Source: Minisyncoccota bacterium
GTDB lineage: Bacteria > Patescibacteriota > Minisyncoccia > Phycocordibacterales > UBA9973
Direction: 5' to 3'
Assembly: GCA_041661005.1 (NCBI GenBank)
Contig: JBAZVG010000001.1
Span: forward strand, 607,515-671,514
Length of the DNA: 64,000 nt
Positions 9,865 to 19,203 of the stretch are shown here, piece after piece; within the stretch, counting starts at the first letter, position 1; every line of letters starts with the position of its first letter. Below the pieces are notes generated by a model. That model worked only from the letters and a program-made list of their open reading frames with translations. It made no database searches and was not told the origin of the DNA. A program made the translations under genes and the position numbers.

Positions 9865-9923
9865 GTAAAAGAGCAGTTCTTTAAACTGTTTTTAGTATAA
9901 CATGAAAGAGGACAACCTGTCAA
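9865..9923 (-). promoter_or_regulatory. sigma70 promoter plus boxA-like element of the DGR target gene
   Basis: TTGACA (9923-9918)-N18-TATACT (9899-9894) with extended -10 TG; TGCTCTTTTAC at 9875-9865. Confidence 0.65.
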
Positions 9924-9945
9924 GAAAATTTAGAAATGTCTTTTT

Positions 9946-10455
9946 CTATTTCACCCCGATCAAATACTTGCGAGGATTCTCGGAAAGATCTACGAAGTCG
10001 TCTACCGCTTCGCGAAGCTTACCGGAAGTTGATTGACTAAACGAGACGACTTCTACTTGCACCCCCATCGTCTGCAAGTATTCCACGAGTGGAACAAAGT
10101 CTCCATCACCAGAAACGATAACCGCAGAGTCGAGGCGAGGCGACATTTTGATAGCGTCTACTGCGAGCCCCACGTCCCAATCCGCCTTCTTGCTTCCCCC
10201 GGCGAATATTTGCAAGTCTTTTGTTTTAGTTTCGATACCGAGCTTGGACAACGCTTCAAAGAAATTCTTTTCATCCCCTGCTTCGGTAGTGATGACATAC
10301 GCCACTGCGCGCACAAGCTTCCTGCCCGCCACTGCATCGCGCAAAACCGCGCCGAAATTTACTCGCGCTTTATATAAATTGCGAGCCGAATGGTATAAAT
10401 TTTGAGTATCAATAAAAACCCCAACCCTCTGTTCTTTATGTTTTATTACTGTCAT
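9946..10455 (-). CDS. NYN domain (LabA/DUF88) protein
   Basis: VFIDTQN, KADWDVGLAVD, VSGDGDF; start trimmed to MTVIKHK. Confidence 0.92.
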   Translation of the reverse strand: MTVIKHKEQRVGVFIDTQNLYHSARNLYKARVNFGAVLRDAVAGRKLVRAVAYVITTEAGDEKNFFEALSKLGIETKTKDLQIFAGGSKKADWDVGLAVDAIKMSPRLDSAVIVSGDGDFVPLVEYLQTMGVQVEVVSFSQSTSGKLREAVDDFVDLSENPRKYLIGVK

Positions 10456-10471
10456 GTAATTATTATAGCAG

Positions 10472-10600
10472 ATATTAAAATTTGTCGCAGGCGTACTTTT
10501 TAGAAAGCCTTGCGCAGGCTGACGAGCCGAGCAGTTCGCTGGCAAAGCTTTGCCAGATAGATTGCTTTATGAAAAGTATGCCAAGAAAGAATTTTAATAT
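10472..10600 (+). repeat. structured palindromic element, family A (intergenic), copy 1
   Basis: Core GCAGGCTGACGAGCCGAG at 10514-10531; homologous to 13511, 23523 and 38841. Confidence 0.9.
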
Positions 10601-10864
10601 CTAAACGAGTTCAACCTTCTTCATCAAAGCGTTGTAGCGAGCCTTGTTTGTTCTTTCCAAATATTTCAAATGAGTGCGTCTGTTGGCCACCATCTTGATC
10701 AAACCCCTTCGAGAATGATTGTCTTTCTTGTGTTTCTTTAAATGTTTTGCCAATTCATCAATCGCCGCAGAAATAATAGCCACCTGCACCTCTGGAGAGC
10801 CTGTGTCCTTATCATGAATCTGATTTTTCTTTATAATTGTCTGCTTTTTCTTTACTGCTAACAT
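10601..10864 (-). CDS. rpsO: 30S ribosomal protein S15
   Basis: DTGSPEVQVA, HKKDNHSRRGLIKMV; start trimmed to MLAVKKK. Confidence 0.96.
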   Translation of the reverse strand: MLAVKKKQTIIKKNQIHDKDTGSPEVQVAIISAAIDELAKHLKKHKKDNHSRRGLIKMVANRRTHLKYLERTNKARYNALMKKVELV

Positions 10865-10962
10865 ACAAAGGATAATAGCATAAACTGGCAAAAATTGCAA
10901 TCCCACCCTCTCCTCAAGATTTTTTGTATAAAATATATTGTGCGACATGGTAGAATATATTC

Positions 10963-11949
10963 ATGGCATCAATTAAAGATCTAAAAAACCAATTTCTTGA
11001 ATATATAGAAATAGAAAAAGGACGAGCGATAAGAACCGTAGAAAATTACGATCATTATTTGACTGTATTTCTGGAGCAGACAAAAATTACAGACCCCAAA
11101 AACATAACCGACGATAAAGTCCGAGACTTTCGTATTTGGCTCAATCGTCAACCCGCATTGCCGGAGCACATGCGAGGCAGGTCCACTGGAAACAATCGCG
11201 TGACAGGCGACACCATAAAAAAGAAAACACAGAATTATTATTTAATAGCTCTCAGAAGTTTCCTAAAATTTTTAACAAAAAGAAATATTAATTCCCTACC
11301 GGCAGACCATATAGAGCTCGCAAAAATCAGTGAAAGACAAATAGACGTAATTTCTCAAGAAGAATTGAAAAGACTTTTAGACGCTCCGAATCAAGAAAAA
11401 AATCCTGAAAGAAAAGCTCGCGACAAGGCAATACTAGAGATGCTTTTTTCCACCGGTTTGCGTGTTTCTGAACTGTGTTCGTTGAAAAATGATTTAGATC
11501 TGCATTTAGACGAATTTTCTATCCGTGGAAAAGGAGGAAAGGTCCGCGTAGTTTTCTTGTCTGACGAAGCCAAGAAGGCGGTGAAAGATTATTTAACTTT
11601 GCGAAAAGACATGTCGGACGCTCTTTTTGCAAAAGTAAATGATGAAACTTTTAAAGGAAAAAATTTGAATCAAAAAAAGAATAACTCAGAAATAGAAGAT
11701 GGCCTAACTCGCCGTTCGATAGAAAGAATTGTAAAAAGATACGCCACGATCGCCGGCATATCCAAAAAAGTAACTCCCCATGTGATTCGTCATGTCTTCG
11801 CGACTGACCTCTTAAGCAACGGCGCAGACATTCGTTCTGTGCAAGCCATGCTCGGCCATGCCAACATAGGTACTACACAAATATATACTCACGTGACGGA
11901 CAAACATTTGCGGGATATACACAAGAAATATCATGGCATCAATAAATAA
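10963..11949 (+). CDS. XerC/XerD-family tyrosine recombinase
   Basis: STGLRVSEL, GKGGKVR, TPHVIRH, LGHANIGTTQIYTH. Confidence 0.93.
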   Translation: MASIKDLKNQFLEYIEIEKGRAIRTVENYDHYLTVFLEQTKITDPKNITDDKVRDFRIWLNRQPALPEHMRGRSTGNNRVTGDTIKKKTQNYYLIALRSFLKFLTKRNINSLPADHIELAKISERQIDVISQEELKRLLDAPNQEKNPERKARDKAILEMLFSTGLRVSELCSLKNDLDLHLDEFSIRGKGGKVRVVFLSDEAKKAVKDYLTLRKDMSDALFAKVNDETFKGKNLNQKKNNSEIEDGLTRRSIERIVKRYATIAGISKKVTPHVIRHVFATDLLSNGADIRSVQAMLGHANIGTTQIYTHVTDKHLRDIHKKYHGINK

Positions 11950-11969
11950 GGTATAATAAATTCATAAAT

Positions 11970-12623
11970 ATGGATTATTCAAAACACAAAGATTACTACA
12001 AAACGGCATATCAAAATGGCACTGACATTTGGACGCACTTGCCGGTCAAGACAAGGGGCGTAAAGAAATTGATAGAAAAACTGCCTCCCGGTGGATCTAT
12101 TTTAGACATCGGTTCTGGGCGTGGACTTATTGCAAAAAATTTGGCAGAAATGGGTTTTAAAGTTATCGGTATAGATTTCGAAGGAGATGTCGTGAGGAAA
12201 GTAAACGAGGAAATAAAAAACTGGAAGCTGGAAGGCAAGTTGAAATTCATAGAAGCAGATGTCTTTGACATACCCTTCACAGATGCTAGCTTTGACGGAG
12301 TTTGTGATTTTGGATTATTGGAAAATTTATACCAAGGAGACTGGGAGCTTTATGCAAATGAGATAAATCGCATCTTGCGACCGGGTGGATTTTATTTAAA
12401 TGTTTCCTTATCGCGCAAAACGAAAGATTTCTTAGACTTCTCCCCTATCAATTCTAAAAATGGAGAACTTGAAAAAGATGACGTGCACTATCATTTTTTC
12501 GAAAAAGAAGAGATTGTAAATATCTTTAACAAAAAAATGACATTAGTTTCCGATAGCATAGAATTTTCAGAAAAACCAAGAGAGGTGGCGCTACTGCAAA
12601 CACTTTTCCAAAAGAAAAAATAA
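11970..12623 (+). CDS. class I SAM-dependent methyltransferase
   Basis: ILDIGSGRG motif I, ILRPGG. Confidence 0.9.
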   Translation: MDYSKHKDYYKTAYQNGTDIWTHLPVKTRGVKKLIEKLPPGGSILDIGSGRGLIAKNLAEMGFKVIGIDFEGDVVRKVNEEIKNWKLEGKLKFIEADVFDIPFTDASFDGVCDFGLLENLYQGDWELYANEINRILRPGGFYLNVSLSRKTKDFLDFSPINSKNGELEKDDVHYHFFEKEEIVNIFNKKMTLVSDSIEFSEKPREVALLQTLFQKKK

Positions 12624-12631
12624 AATACAAA

Positions 12632-12693
12632 CCTCTCCCCGCCTTTGGCACCCCTCTCCATTCTACGGAATGGAGAGGGGTTGGGGGTGAGGG
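12632..12693. repeat. C-rich/G-rich palindromic element
   Basis: CCCCTCTCCATTC-tacg-GAATGGAGAGGGG hairpin nested in CCTCTCCCC...GGGGTGAGG; similar architecture at 35523-35598. Confidence 0.6.
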
Positions 12694-12707
12694 TGTATAA
12701 TAGAACA

Positions 12708-13514
12708 ATGCGATTAGTTTCTTGGAACGTAAACGGGATAAGGGCAGTGCATAAAAAAGGACTTCTTATGCCTTTTATAAAAAAACATAAACCAGATATT
12801 TTTTGTATCCAAGAAACCAAAGCACAAAAAGATCAGAGCGAGGTAGATCTGTCAGACTATGAAGAATATTGGAACTCAGCTACACGCAAAGGATACAGTG
12901 GCACCGCAATATTTGTACACAAATCTTTTGAGAAACCACTCGCTGTCACACTCGACTTTCCACAGAACATTGTGAAACAATATAATTTGTCTACCGATAA
13001 TTTTGGAGATGTGAATGCTGAAGGCCGAGTTTTAACTTTAGAATTTAAAGATTTTTATATTGTAAATGTTTACACACCAAATAGTAAACGTGAACTCACA
13101 CGGTTGAAACTCAGACATAAACAATGGGACCCTGCCTTTCTTGAATACATGAAAAACCTAGAAAGGCGGGGCAAGTCCGTCATTTTCTGCGGAGATTTAA
13201 ATGTTGCGCACACACCTGATGATCTTGCGAATCCAGAAACCAATCACACGACGCACGGTTTCACAGACGAGGAACGTGAAGGAATCCAAAATGTAATCGA
13301 TTCCGGTTTCACAGATACTTTTAGAATGTTTACAAATGGAAACGGACACTATACATGGTGGAGTCCTTTTAGAAATGCGCGAGCGAGGAACATAGGGTGG
13401 AGAATAGATTATATTTTCGTAAGCTCTGAATTATTAAAGAAAATAGTGAGCTCAAAAATATTTCCTGAAGTTTTAGGTTCTGATCATTGTCCGATTGTGC
13501 TTGAAATGTCTTAA
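12708..13514 (+). CDS. xth: exodeoxyribonuclease III
   Basis: SWNVNGIRA, QETK, CGDLNVAH, WRIDY, GSDHCP; start trimmed. Confidence 0.96.
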   Translation: MRLVSWNVNGIRAVHKKGLLMPFIKKHKPDIFCIQETKAQKDQSEVDLSDYEEYWNSATRKGYSGTAIFVHKSFEKPLAVTLDFPQNIVKQYNLSTDNFGDVNAEGRVLTLEFKDFYIVNVYTPNSKRELTRLKLRHKQWDPAFLEYMKNLERRGKSVIFCGDLNVAHTPDDLANPETNHTTHGFTDEEREGIQNVIDSGFTDTFRMFTNGNGHYTWWSPFRNARARNIGWRIDYIFVSSELLKKIVSSKIFPEVLGSDHCPIVLEMS

Positions 13515-13635
13515 AAACTCTTTCTTGGCATACTTTTTATAAAGCAATCTATCTGGCGTTGCTACGCCAGCGAACTGCTCGGCTCGTCAGCCTGCGCAAG
13601 GCTTTCTAAAAAATACGCCTGCAACGAGTTTTTAA
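13511..13635 (-). repeat. family A palindromic element, copy 2 (overlaps xth stop codon)
   Basis: Reverse-complement core at 13578-13595; closing IR TTAAAAACTC/GAGTTTTTAA. Confidence 0.9.
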
Positions 13636-13664
13636 CTAAAGAGTTTTGTGCTATTATTTTAACT

Positions 13665-14327
13665 ATGAATCATAGTAGACTAGATCAGCTTTCAGACGGA
13701 ATATTTGCCATCGTGATGACTATTCTCGTCTTTCAGATTGAGCTACCGACAATCTGGGGGCCGATAGATAACCTAGGACTCTGGAACGAAATTGCAAAAT
13801 TACTTCCAGTATTTTTGAGCTACGCTTTGAGCTTCGCCATTCTTTATACTTATTGGCGAGCGCATCATTTCTTTGTAACTATTTACGCCAAAAATGTTGA
13901 CTCAATGCTCATAAACATCAATGCCCTATTTCTCATGCTGATAAGTTTGATACCCTTTTCATCCAGCATCCTCGGACAATTCAGCAAGAATGAATTGCCG
14001 ATAATAATATTCGGAGTACATACGATTTTGATCGGGCTCACCTTGTATTGGATGCGAAGATACGTCTTGTATTCTGAACATATAAAAAATCCAGAAATAA
14101 CCAAACGCGAAATTCGCGGTAGCACCGTTCGCACTTTGGCACCCGTAGTCTTTGCCATCATTGCCATACCGCTTTCTTTTTTCAGCATAACTCTTTCTCT
14201 TATTTTGTTCACTTTGGCTGTTATTTTCAATCTGTCCTCATATAGCACTCGTCTTTTCGAAAAAATAATGAAAGCAATTCATGGCTTCATGTTCGGAGCT
14301 GACATAAAAGGCCACTTCGCAGACTAA
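13665..14327 (+). CDS. TMEM175-family K+ channel
   Basis: RL..LSDGIFAIVMTILV, YW..HH, multiple TM helices. Confidence 0.9.
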   Translation: MNHSRLDQLSDGIFAIVMTILVFQIELPTIWGPIDNLGLWNEIAKLLPVFLSYALSFAILYTYWRAHHFFVTIYAKNVDSMLININALFLMLISLIPFSSSILGQFSKNELPIIIFGVHTILIGLTLYWMRRYVLYSEHIKNPEITKREIRGSTVRTLAPVVFAIIAIPLSFFSITLSLILFTLAVIFNLSSYSTRLFEKIMKAIHGFMFGADIKGHFAD

Positions 14328-14355
14328 AAATGCTGGTTTTTAGGTAGAAAAATTT

Positions 14356-16041
14356 ATGCAAAAAATTTGCCAGACATGTAAAAAAAATTTTGAAATAAGG
14401 GATGAAGATTTAACTTTTTATGAACAGGTAAAAACTGTTCCCCCACTTGATTGCCCTGACTGCCGTATGGCAAGACGGTTAGTTTTCCGTAACGAGAGAA
14501 CTTTTTATAAAAGACCTTGTGATCTTTGCAAGAAAGACATGATTTCCTTGTATGACGACAAATCGTCCTTTTTGTCATATTGCCACGATTGTTGGTGGAG
14601 CGATAAATGGGATCCAAAAAGTTTCGCCCAAGATTATGATCCGAACAAAACATTTTTTGAACAATTTAGAGAATTACAAAAAAAGGTGCCGAGAATTGGT
14701 TTGATGGTCTTAAATAATGTAAGAAGTGAATACACAAATGGCGCAGCCGAAAATAAAGATTGTTATCTGATTTTTGCCGCTGATTATAATGAAGATTGTC
14801 TGTATGGAAGACTGCTTCAAAGGAATAAAGGATGTGTAGACTGCGCTTTCCTGCACGAATCCGAGCTTTGTTATGAATGTATAGACACTAGAGGATGTTT
14901 CAAATGCATGTTTTGCGAGCAATGCCAATCTTCAACCGATCTTTTATTCTGCTACAACATGCGCAATTCAAATAATTGCATTTTCTGCACGAACGGAAGA
15001 AATGTTTCCAACGCAATCCTTAACGTAAAGTATACAAAAGAAGAATATGAAGAAAAGAAAAAGGAAATCCTTTCCAGTTATGACAGCATCGAGCAAGCGA
15101 AAAAGGAATTTGCAGAACTAAAGAAAAAAACTATTGTAAAATACGCTTCACAAACCAAATGCCACAATGTGACTGGCAACTATTTACATAACTGCCATCA
15201 AGGAATAATGCTCTATGACACTTACGACTCAAAAAATTGTTCTTACATGACGGACACAGAAAATCCGACAGATAGCATGGATTGCAATAATTTTTACTAT
15301 AAATCAGAATTTTGTTATAACGTTATGGGGTCAATCCAAATGAGTAAAGTTAAAAATTGCGCATTCGGTTTTTACTCAAATGAAACAGAATATTGCGAAA
15401 ATTGTTACAACCTGACAAGTGCATTTGGATGTTCCGCTATTCGTAAAGGTGAATATATGATTTTGAATAAACAATATTCTAAGGAGGAATACTATGAACT
15501 TAGAGCAAAAATTGAAGAGAGTATGAGAAAAGAAAATGTTTACGGACAATTTTTTCCAGCCAGTCTAGCCCCTTTCGGATATAATGAGACACTTGCACAC
15601 GAATATTTCCCTCTAACTAAAGAAGAAGCGCTTAAAAGAGGTTTCAGATGGCAAGAAAGAACTACCGGCACCTACGGTAAAGAAACAATCAAAGAAAATG
15701 ATATGCCGAAGACTATCGGAGAAGTCACTGAAGATATTTTAAACCAAGTTTTGGTGTGTAAAGACTGCAAAAAGAATTTTCGCATCACAAAATCCGAATT
15801 GGACTTTTATAAAAGAATGAACATCCCCCTTCCCCACAAAGATTTCGAATGCCGACATCAAGATAGGATGAAGAAACGCAATCCACGTAAACTTTGGCAC
15901 AGAAAATGCATGAAAGAAGGTTGTCAAAATGAATTCGAAACCTCCTACTCCCCCGACCCGCGCTACGCCGAAGGCTCCGGCGAGGCGAGCCGTCCGGAGA
16001 TAGTGTATTGCGAGACTTGCTATCAGCAGGAAGTGTATTAA
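14356..16041 (+). CDS. Cys-rich zinc-ribbon repeat protein (CPR-expanded family)
   Basis: Multiple CxxC motifs, PFGYNETLA, C-terminal VYCETCYQQEVY; paralog at 59195-60916. Confidence 0.85.
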   Translation: MQKICQTCKKNFEIRDEDLTFYEQVKTVPPLDCPDCRMARRLVFRNERTFYKRPCDLCKKDMISLYDDKSSFLSYCHDCWWSDKWDPKSFAQDYDPNKTFFEQFRELQKKVPRIGLMVLNNVRSEYTNGAAENKDCYLIFAADYNEDCLYGRLLQRNKGCVDCAFLHESELCYECIDTRGCFKCMFCEQCQSSTDLLFCYNMRNSNNCIFCTNGRNVSNAILNVKYTKEEYEEKKKEILSSYDSIEQAKKEFAELKKKTIVKYASQTKCHNVTGNYLHNCHQGIMLYDTYDSKNCSYMTDTENPTDSMDCNNFYYKSEFCYNVMGSIQMSKVKNCAFGFYSNETEYCENCYNLTSAFGCSAIRKGEYMILNKQYSKEEYYELRAKIEESMRKENVYGQFFPASLAPFGYNETLAHEYFPLTKEEALKRGFRWQERTTGTYGKETIKENDMPKTIGEVTEDILNQVLVCKDCKKNFRITKSELDFYKRMNIPLPHKDFECRHQDRMKKRNPRKLWHRKCMKEGCQNEFETSYSPDPRYAEGSGEASRPEIVYCETCYQQEVY

Positions 16042-16048
16042 TTTAAAT

Positions 16049-16909
16049 CTATTTAAGTTTCTGAAATTCTTTAATAAATTGAAGTGGATTCACAGAAGCA
16101 TTGCCGACTTTAATAGCAAAATGGAGGTGCGCACCCTCTACATCTGCTCCCTGATCGCCCGAATAGCCAACAATTTCGCCTGCTTTTATTTTTGATCCAG
16201 CTTGCACCAAAACTTTTGAAAGATGTAGATATTTTGAAATAACTCCATCACCATGATCTATCACAACTGTCGGCCCTTCTAAATACAGTGCCTTACTTTC
16301 ACCCCAGAGAATAATACCGTCGGAAATCGCATAGACCGGCGTGTCAATTTTTGCGCGTAAATCCACTCCTTGATGTGTGGTTGAGTAATTGGTATAAATC
16401 CTTTTATATCCAAACGGACTTGTGGTCGTCATAGTATCAAGTGGATCTCTGAAGATTGATTTCCAAAGCTTGGGTTTCGTTTCTGTAACTACCTTAGTAA
16501 GTAAAGCTACAAGTGGAGCTTTGTCTTTTAATACGACCTCCTGCTTTGCTTTAGGAAGCGTCGCAAATTTATATGCTGTTTTTGTCACAGTTTTTTTGTA
16601 AGTTCCTAATTTTACCTGAATAACTCTCCTATCTAATTCTTTTTCACCTTCTTTAATTCGAAGATTATAATTACCGAGTTGCTTGCTCACGTCAACCGCA
16701 ATAAGAGTATACTTTCGATCACCATAATCAAAAACCGGCATTTTTACACCACCAAACAATACCGAAGTTGTCGTCGAAAAATATATCGGATACAAAAGCA
16801 CCTCCCCTTGTTTCACAGTTAAAAGAGCGGCATCCGATTCATGACTAAATCCCAAAATACATGACAAAAAAATTAGAAAGATGAAAAATCTTGCGCTAAA
16901 ATTATTCAT
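16049..16909 (-). CDS. secreted M23-family peptidase
   Basis: Signal peptide; HQGVD, HLHF motifs. Confidence 0.9.
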   Translation of the reverse strand: MNNFSARFFIFLIFLSCILGFSHESDAALLTVKQGEVLLYPIYFSTTTSVLFGGVKMPVFDYGDRKYTLIAVDVSKQLGNYNLRIKEGEKELDRRVIQVKLGTYKKTVTKTAYKFATLPKAKQEVVLKDKAPLVALLTKVVTETKPKLWKSIFRDPLDTMTTTSPFGYKRIYTNYSTTHQGVDLRAKIDTPVYAISDGIILWGESKALYLEGPTVVIDHGDGVISKYLHLSKVLVQAGSKIKAGEIVGYSGDQGADVEGAHLHFAIKVGNASVNPLQFIKEFQKLK

Positions 16910-16921
16910 ACTGCTATCATA

Positions 16922-18631
16922 TCATTTCCGCACTCCATGTTTGGTATGTAACTTTTCCACCTCTTTTTCTTCGAGCTCTTCTTTTTTTTCTTTTCCTTTA
17001 TCCCCAAGCGCTTTGAGCTCTTTGTCACTGAGTTTGTCAAAAGATTTCACTAATTCAGACAATTTTTCTACTGTATTTTTCTCTGGATTATCTAAAACTT
17101 CTTCTAGTAAAGCATGCAAGATCCACCCCATTCTGGGTCCCGGCTTGATTCCAAGCTCTTTTATCATGAATTCCCCATTGATTTTCAGCTGTCCGACAGA
17201 AATAGGGTCTCGAAGCGCCTCTTCAATCATTGCAAAATACTTGCGCAAGCGATATGGCGCTTCTTTTTTCTTCATTCCTACCCTGTCGCACTCACGGACA
17301 TTCATCAAAAGCCAAATATTATCCACGCCGACTTTTGTAATAATCCTACGCACAGCAGAAAGTGTGATTAATTCTGTATCTGAAAAAAACATATGGTTGC
17401 GAACAAGTTTTTCCACAAGATCAATTTCTTTTTTGGGAAATTTCAATCTCTCCATTATTTTTTTTACCATTCGCGCGCCGACAACTTCATGGCCGTAGAA
17501 AGTATATTTTTTCTTTGAAGCCTGCCTCGACAAAAATTCTGGGAGCCGTATCGGTCCCCTGTCCTCTTGACTCCAAGGGCGAAGGCGGGAGAATTTTTCG
17601 GTCGGGGCAGGCGAAAAAATTCGTCTTGTTTTCGGCTTGCCGATATCGTGAAAAAGCGCAGAAAGCCTTATTTCTAAAGGCCAATTCTTGTCTGCGGCAT
17701 GTTGTAGGGCATGAAGCAAATGATCCCAAACATCATAAATATGCTCGCCTAATTGTTCACACCTTATCCCCTCTTCTAATTCCGGAATTATATTTTTTAA
17801 CAATCCAAATTTTTGCAACATTAAAATTCCACTCGCAGGATTTTTAGACATTATTATTTTTACAAACTCATCACGAATTCTTTCCTCAGATATTTTTTTT
17901 ATTAAATCAGAATTTTTTAAAATACTTTCTGTTGTGAGATATGACACAGAAAAATCAAGTTGACAAGCAAAGCGAACAGCGCGCAACATTCGCAGAGCAT
18001 CTTCTTGAAATCTTTCATCCGGCTCCCCTACTGCTCTTAATGTTTTACTCTCAATGTCCTTTATACCACCAAACAGGTCAATAACATGTCCGTTATCTTG
18101 TCCTTGATGCCTGCCCGCCGTAGATTTAGCGGAGGCGGGTCCTTTATCTATCCGAAGAGCTAGAGCATTGACCGTGAAATCACGTCTCTTAAGGTCATCT
18201 TCTAGTCTAGTACTGAATCTAATTTCATCGGGGTGTCGGAAGTCGCTATATTTTGCTTCAATTCTATATGGTGTAACTTCAATAATGCTATATTCTGATG
18301 TTGTTTCACGAATAACGTCACCCGGAGATGTTTCTCGTGAAACATCCGTCTTGTTTGTTTCACGCGGAACGTCCTGAGTATGCCCGAAAGATGAAACGCA
18401 TACACCAACAGTACCAAAGGTATTTTCATAGATAGTCTTTTTAAAAAGACCCATAATCTGATCTGGTTTAGCGTTTGTTGTAACATCCCAATCGTTCGGT
18501 TTTCTAGACATTATAAGATCACGAACACAACCACCAACTAGATATGCTTCAAAACCAGCTTTTTCAAGCACACTAGTTACATGTGAAACTTCTTTAGGTA
18601 TCTTTTCGATGATATTTTTAAGATTAGTCAT
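16922..18631 (-). CDS. cca: CCA-adding enzyme / poly(A) polymerase family with HD domain
   Basis: VGGCVRD, DWD, DLKRRDFTVNA, EDALRMLRAVRF, HDIGK; carries three in-frame inserts. Confidence 0.9.
   Translation of the reverse strand: MTNLKNIIEKIPKEVSHVTSVLEKAGFEAYLVGGCVRDLIMSRKPNDWDVTTNAKPDQIMGLFKKTIYENTFGTVGVCVSSFGHTQDVPRETNKTDVSRETSPGDVIRETTSEYSIIEVTPYRIEAKYSDFRHPDEIRFSTRLEDDLKRRDFTVNALALRIDKGPASAKSTAGRHQGQDNGHVIDLFGGIKDIESKTLRAVGEPDERFQEDALRMLRAVRFACQLDFSVSYLTTESILKNSDLIKKISEERIRDEFVKIIMSKNPASGILMLQKFGLLKNIIPELEEGIRCEQLGEHIYDVWDHLLHALQHAADKNWPLEIRLSALFHDIGKPKTRRIFSPAPTEKFSRLRPWSQEDRGPIRLPEFLSRQASKKKYTFYGHEVVGARMVKKIMERLKFPKKEIDLVEKLVRNHMFFSDTELITLSAVRRIITKVGVDNIWLLMNVRECDRVGMKKKEAPYRLRKYFAMIEEALRDPISVGQLKINGEFMIKELGIKPGPRMGWILHALLEEVLDNPEKNTVEKLSELVKSFDKLSDKELKALGDKGKEKKEELEEKEVEKLHTKHGVRK
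17520..17612 (-). repeat. in-frame palindromic insert in cca
   Basis: Terminal IR GCCTGCCTCGACAAAAATTCT/AGAATTTTTCGGTCGGGGCAGGC; 93 nt; shares CCCTTGG and GGACAG with family C. Confidence 0.65.
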
Positions 18632-18641
18632 TCAATTTTTG

Positions 18642-18713
18642 TGCACCCGGGGGGAGTCGAACCCTCAACGACCGCTTCGAAGGCGGGTATGATATCCATT
18701 TCACTACGGGTGC
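18642..18713 (-). tRNA. tRNA-Arg(TCG)
   Basis: GCACCCG acceptor stem, anticodon loop CTTCGAA, GGTTCGACTCC; no encoded CCA. Confidence 0.9.
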
Positions 18714-18894
18714 AAAATTATTTAATAATCAGTTAATTATACACTAATTCGAAAAATCCACAAATAACTCTTATTTTACAAGCCAATTAAGGAATTGCTT
18801 TAGTTCAAAAAAAATATTATAATCAAAGCACATTTTTATTTTAGGAAAAGAATTTAAAATGTTTTTATTGTTCCTTGTTACATAAATAAATTTT

Positions 18895-18965
18895 GCGGTC
18901 ATCGATTAATGGTAGGTCAGGACATTGCCAATGTTCAGGTTGGAGTTCGATTCTCCATGGCCGCA
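18895..18965 (+). tRNA. tRNA-Gly(GCC)
   Basis: GCGGTCA/TGGCCGC acceptor stem, loop TTGCCAA, GTTCGATT. Confidence 0.9.
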
Positions 18966-19203
18966 CAAAGTGATGTCCTTTATAAATTTTCGGTGATATC
19001 TTGAAAAATAAGCTTTTATTCTAAACTGTGGATAACTATGTTGGTAATGTTTATAAAGGACACATTCAGAGTTTGTCTTTAAAGTACTTTTTTGACTAAA
19101 ATACGTTGCAAAATAAGGATACCCGCCTTGCCGTCGAGGCAGGTTTCAATAAAAGACACTAAATTTCAAGTATTTGTTTCACGTGAAACAAATACAATAA
19201 TAA

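Noticed and set aside
10963-11949. Prophage or island integrase for the DGR
   Set aside because: Looks like a housekeeping XerC/D, is separated from the island by rpsO and NYN, and no phage genes are present.
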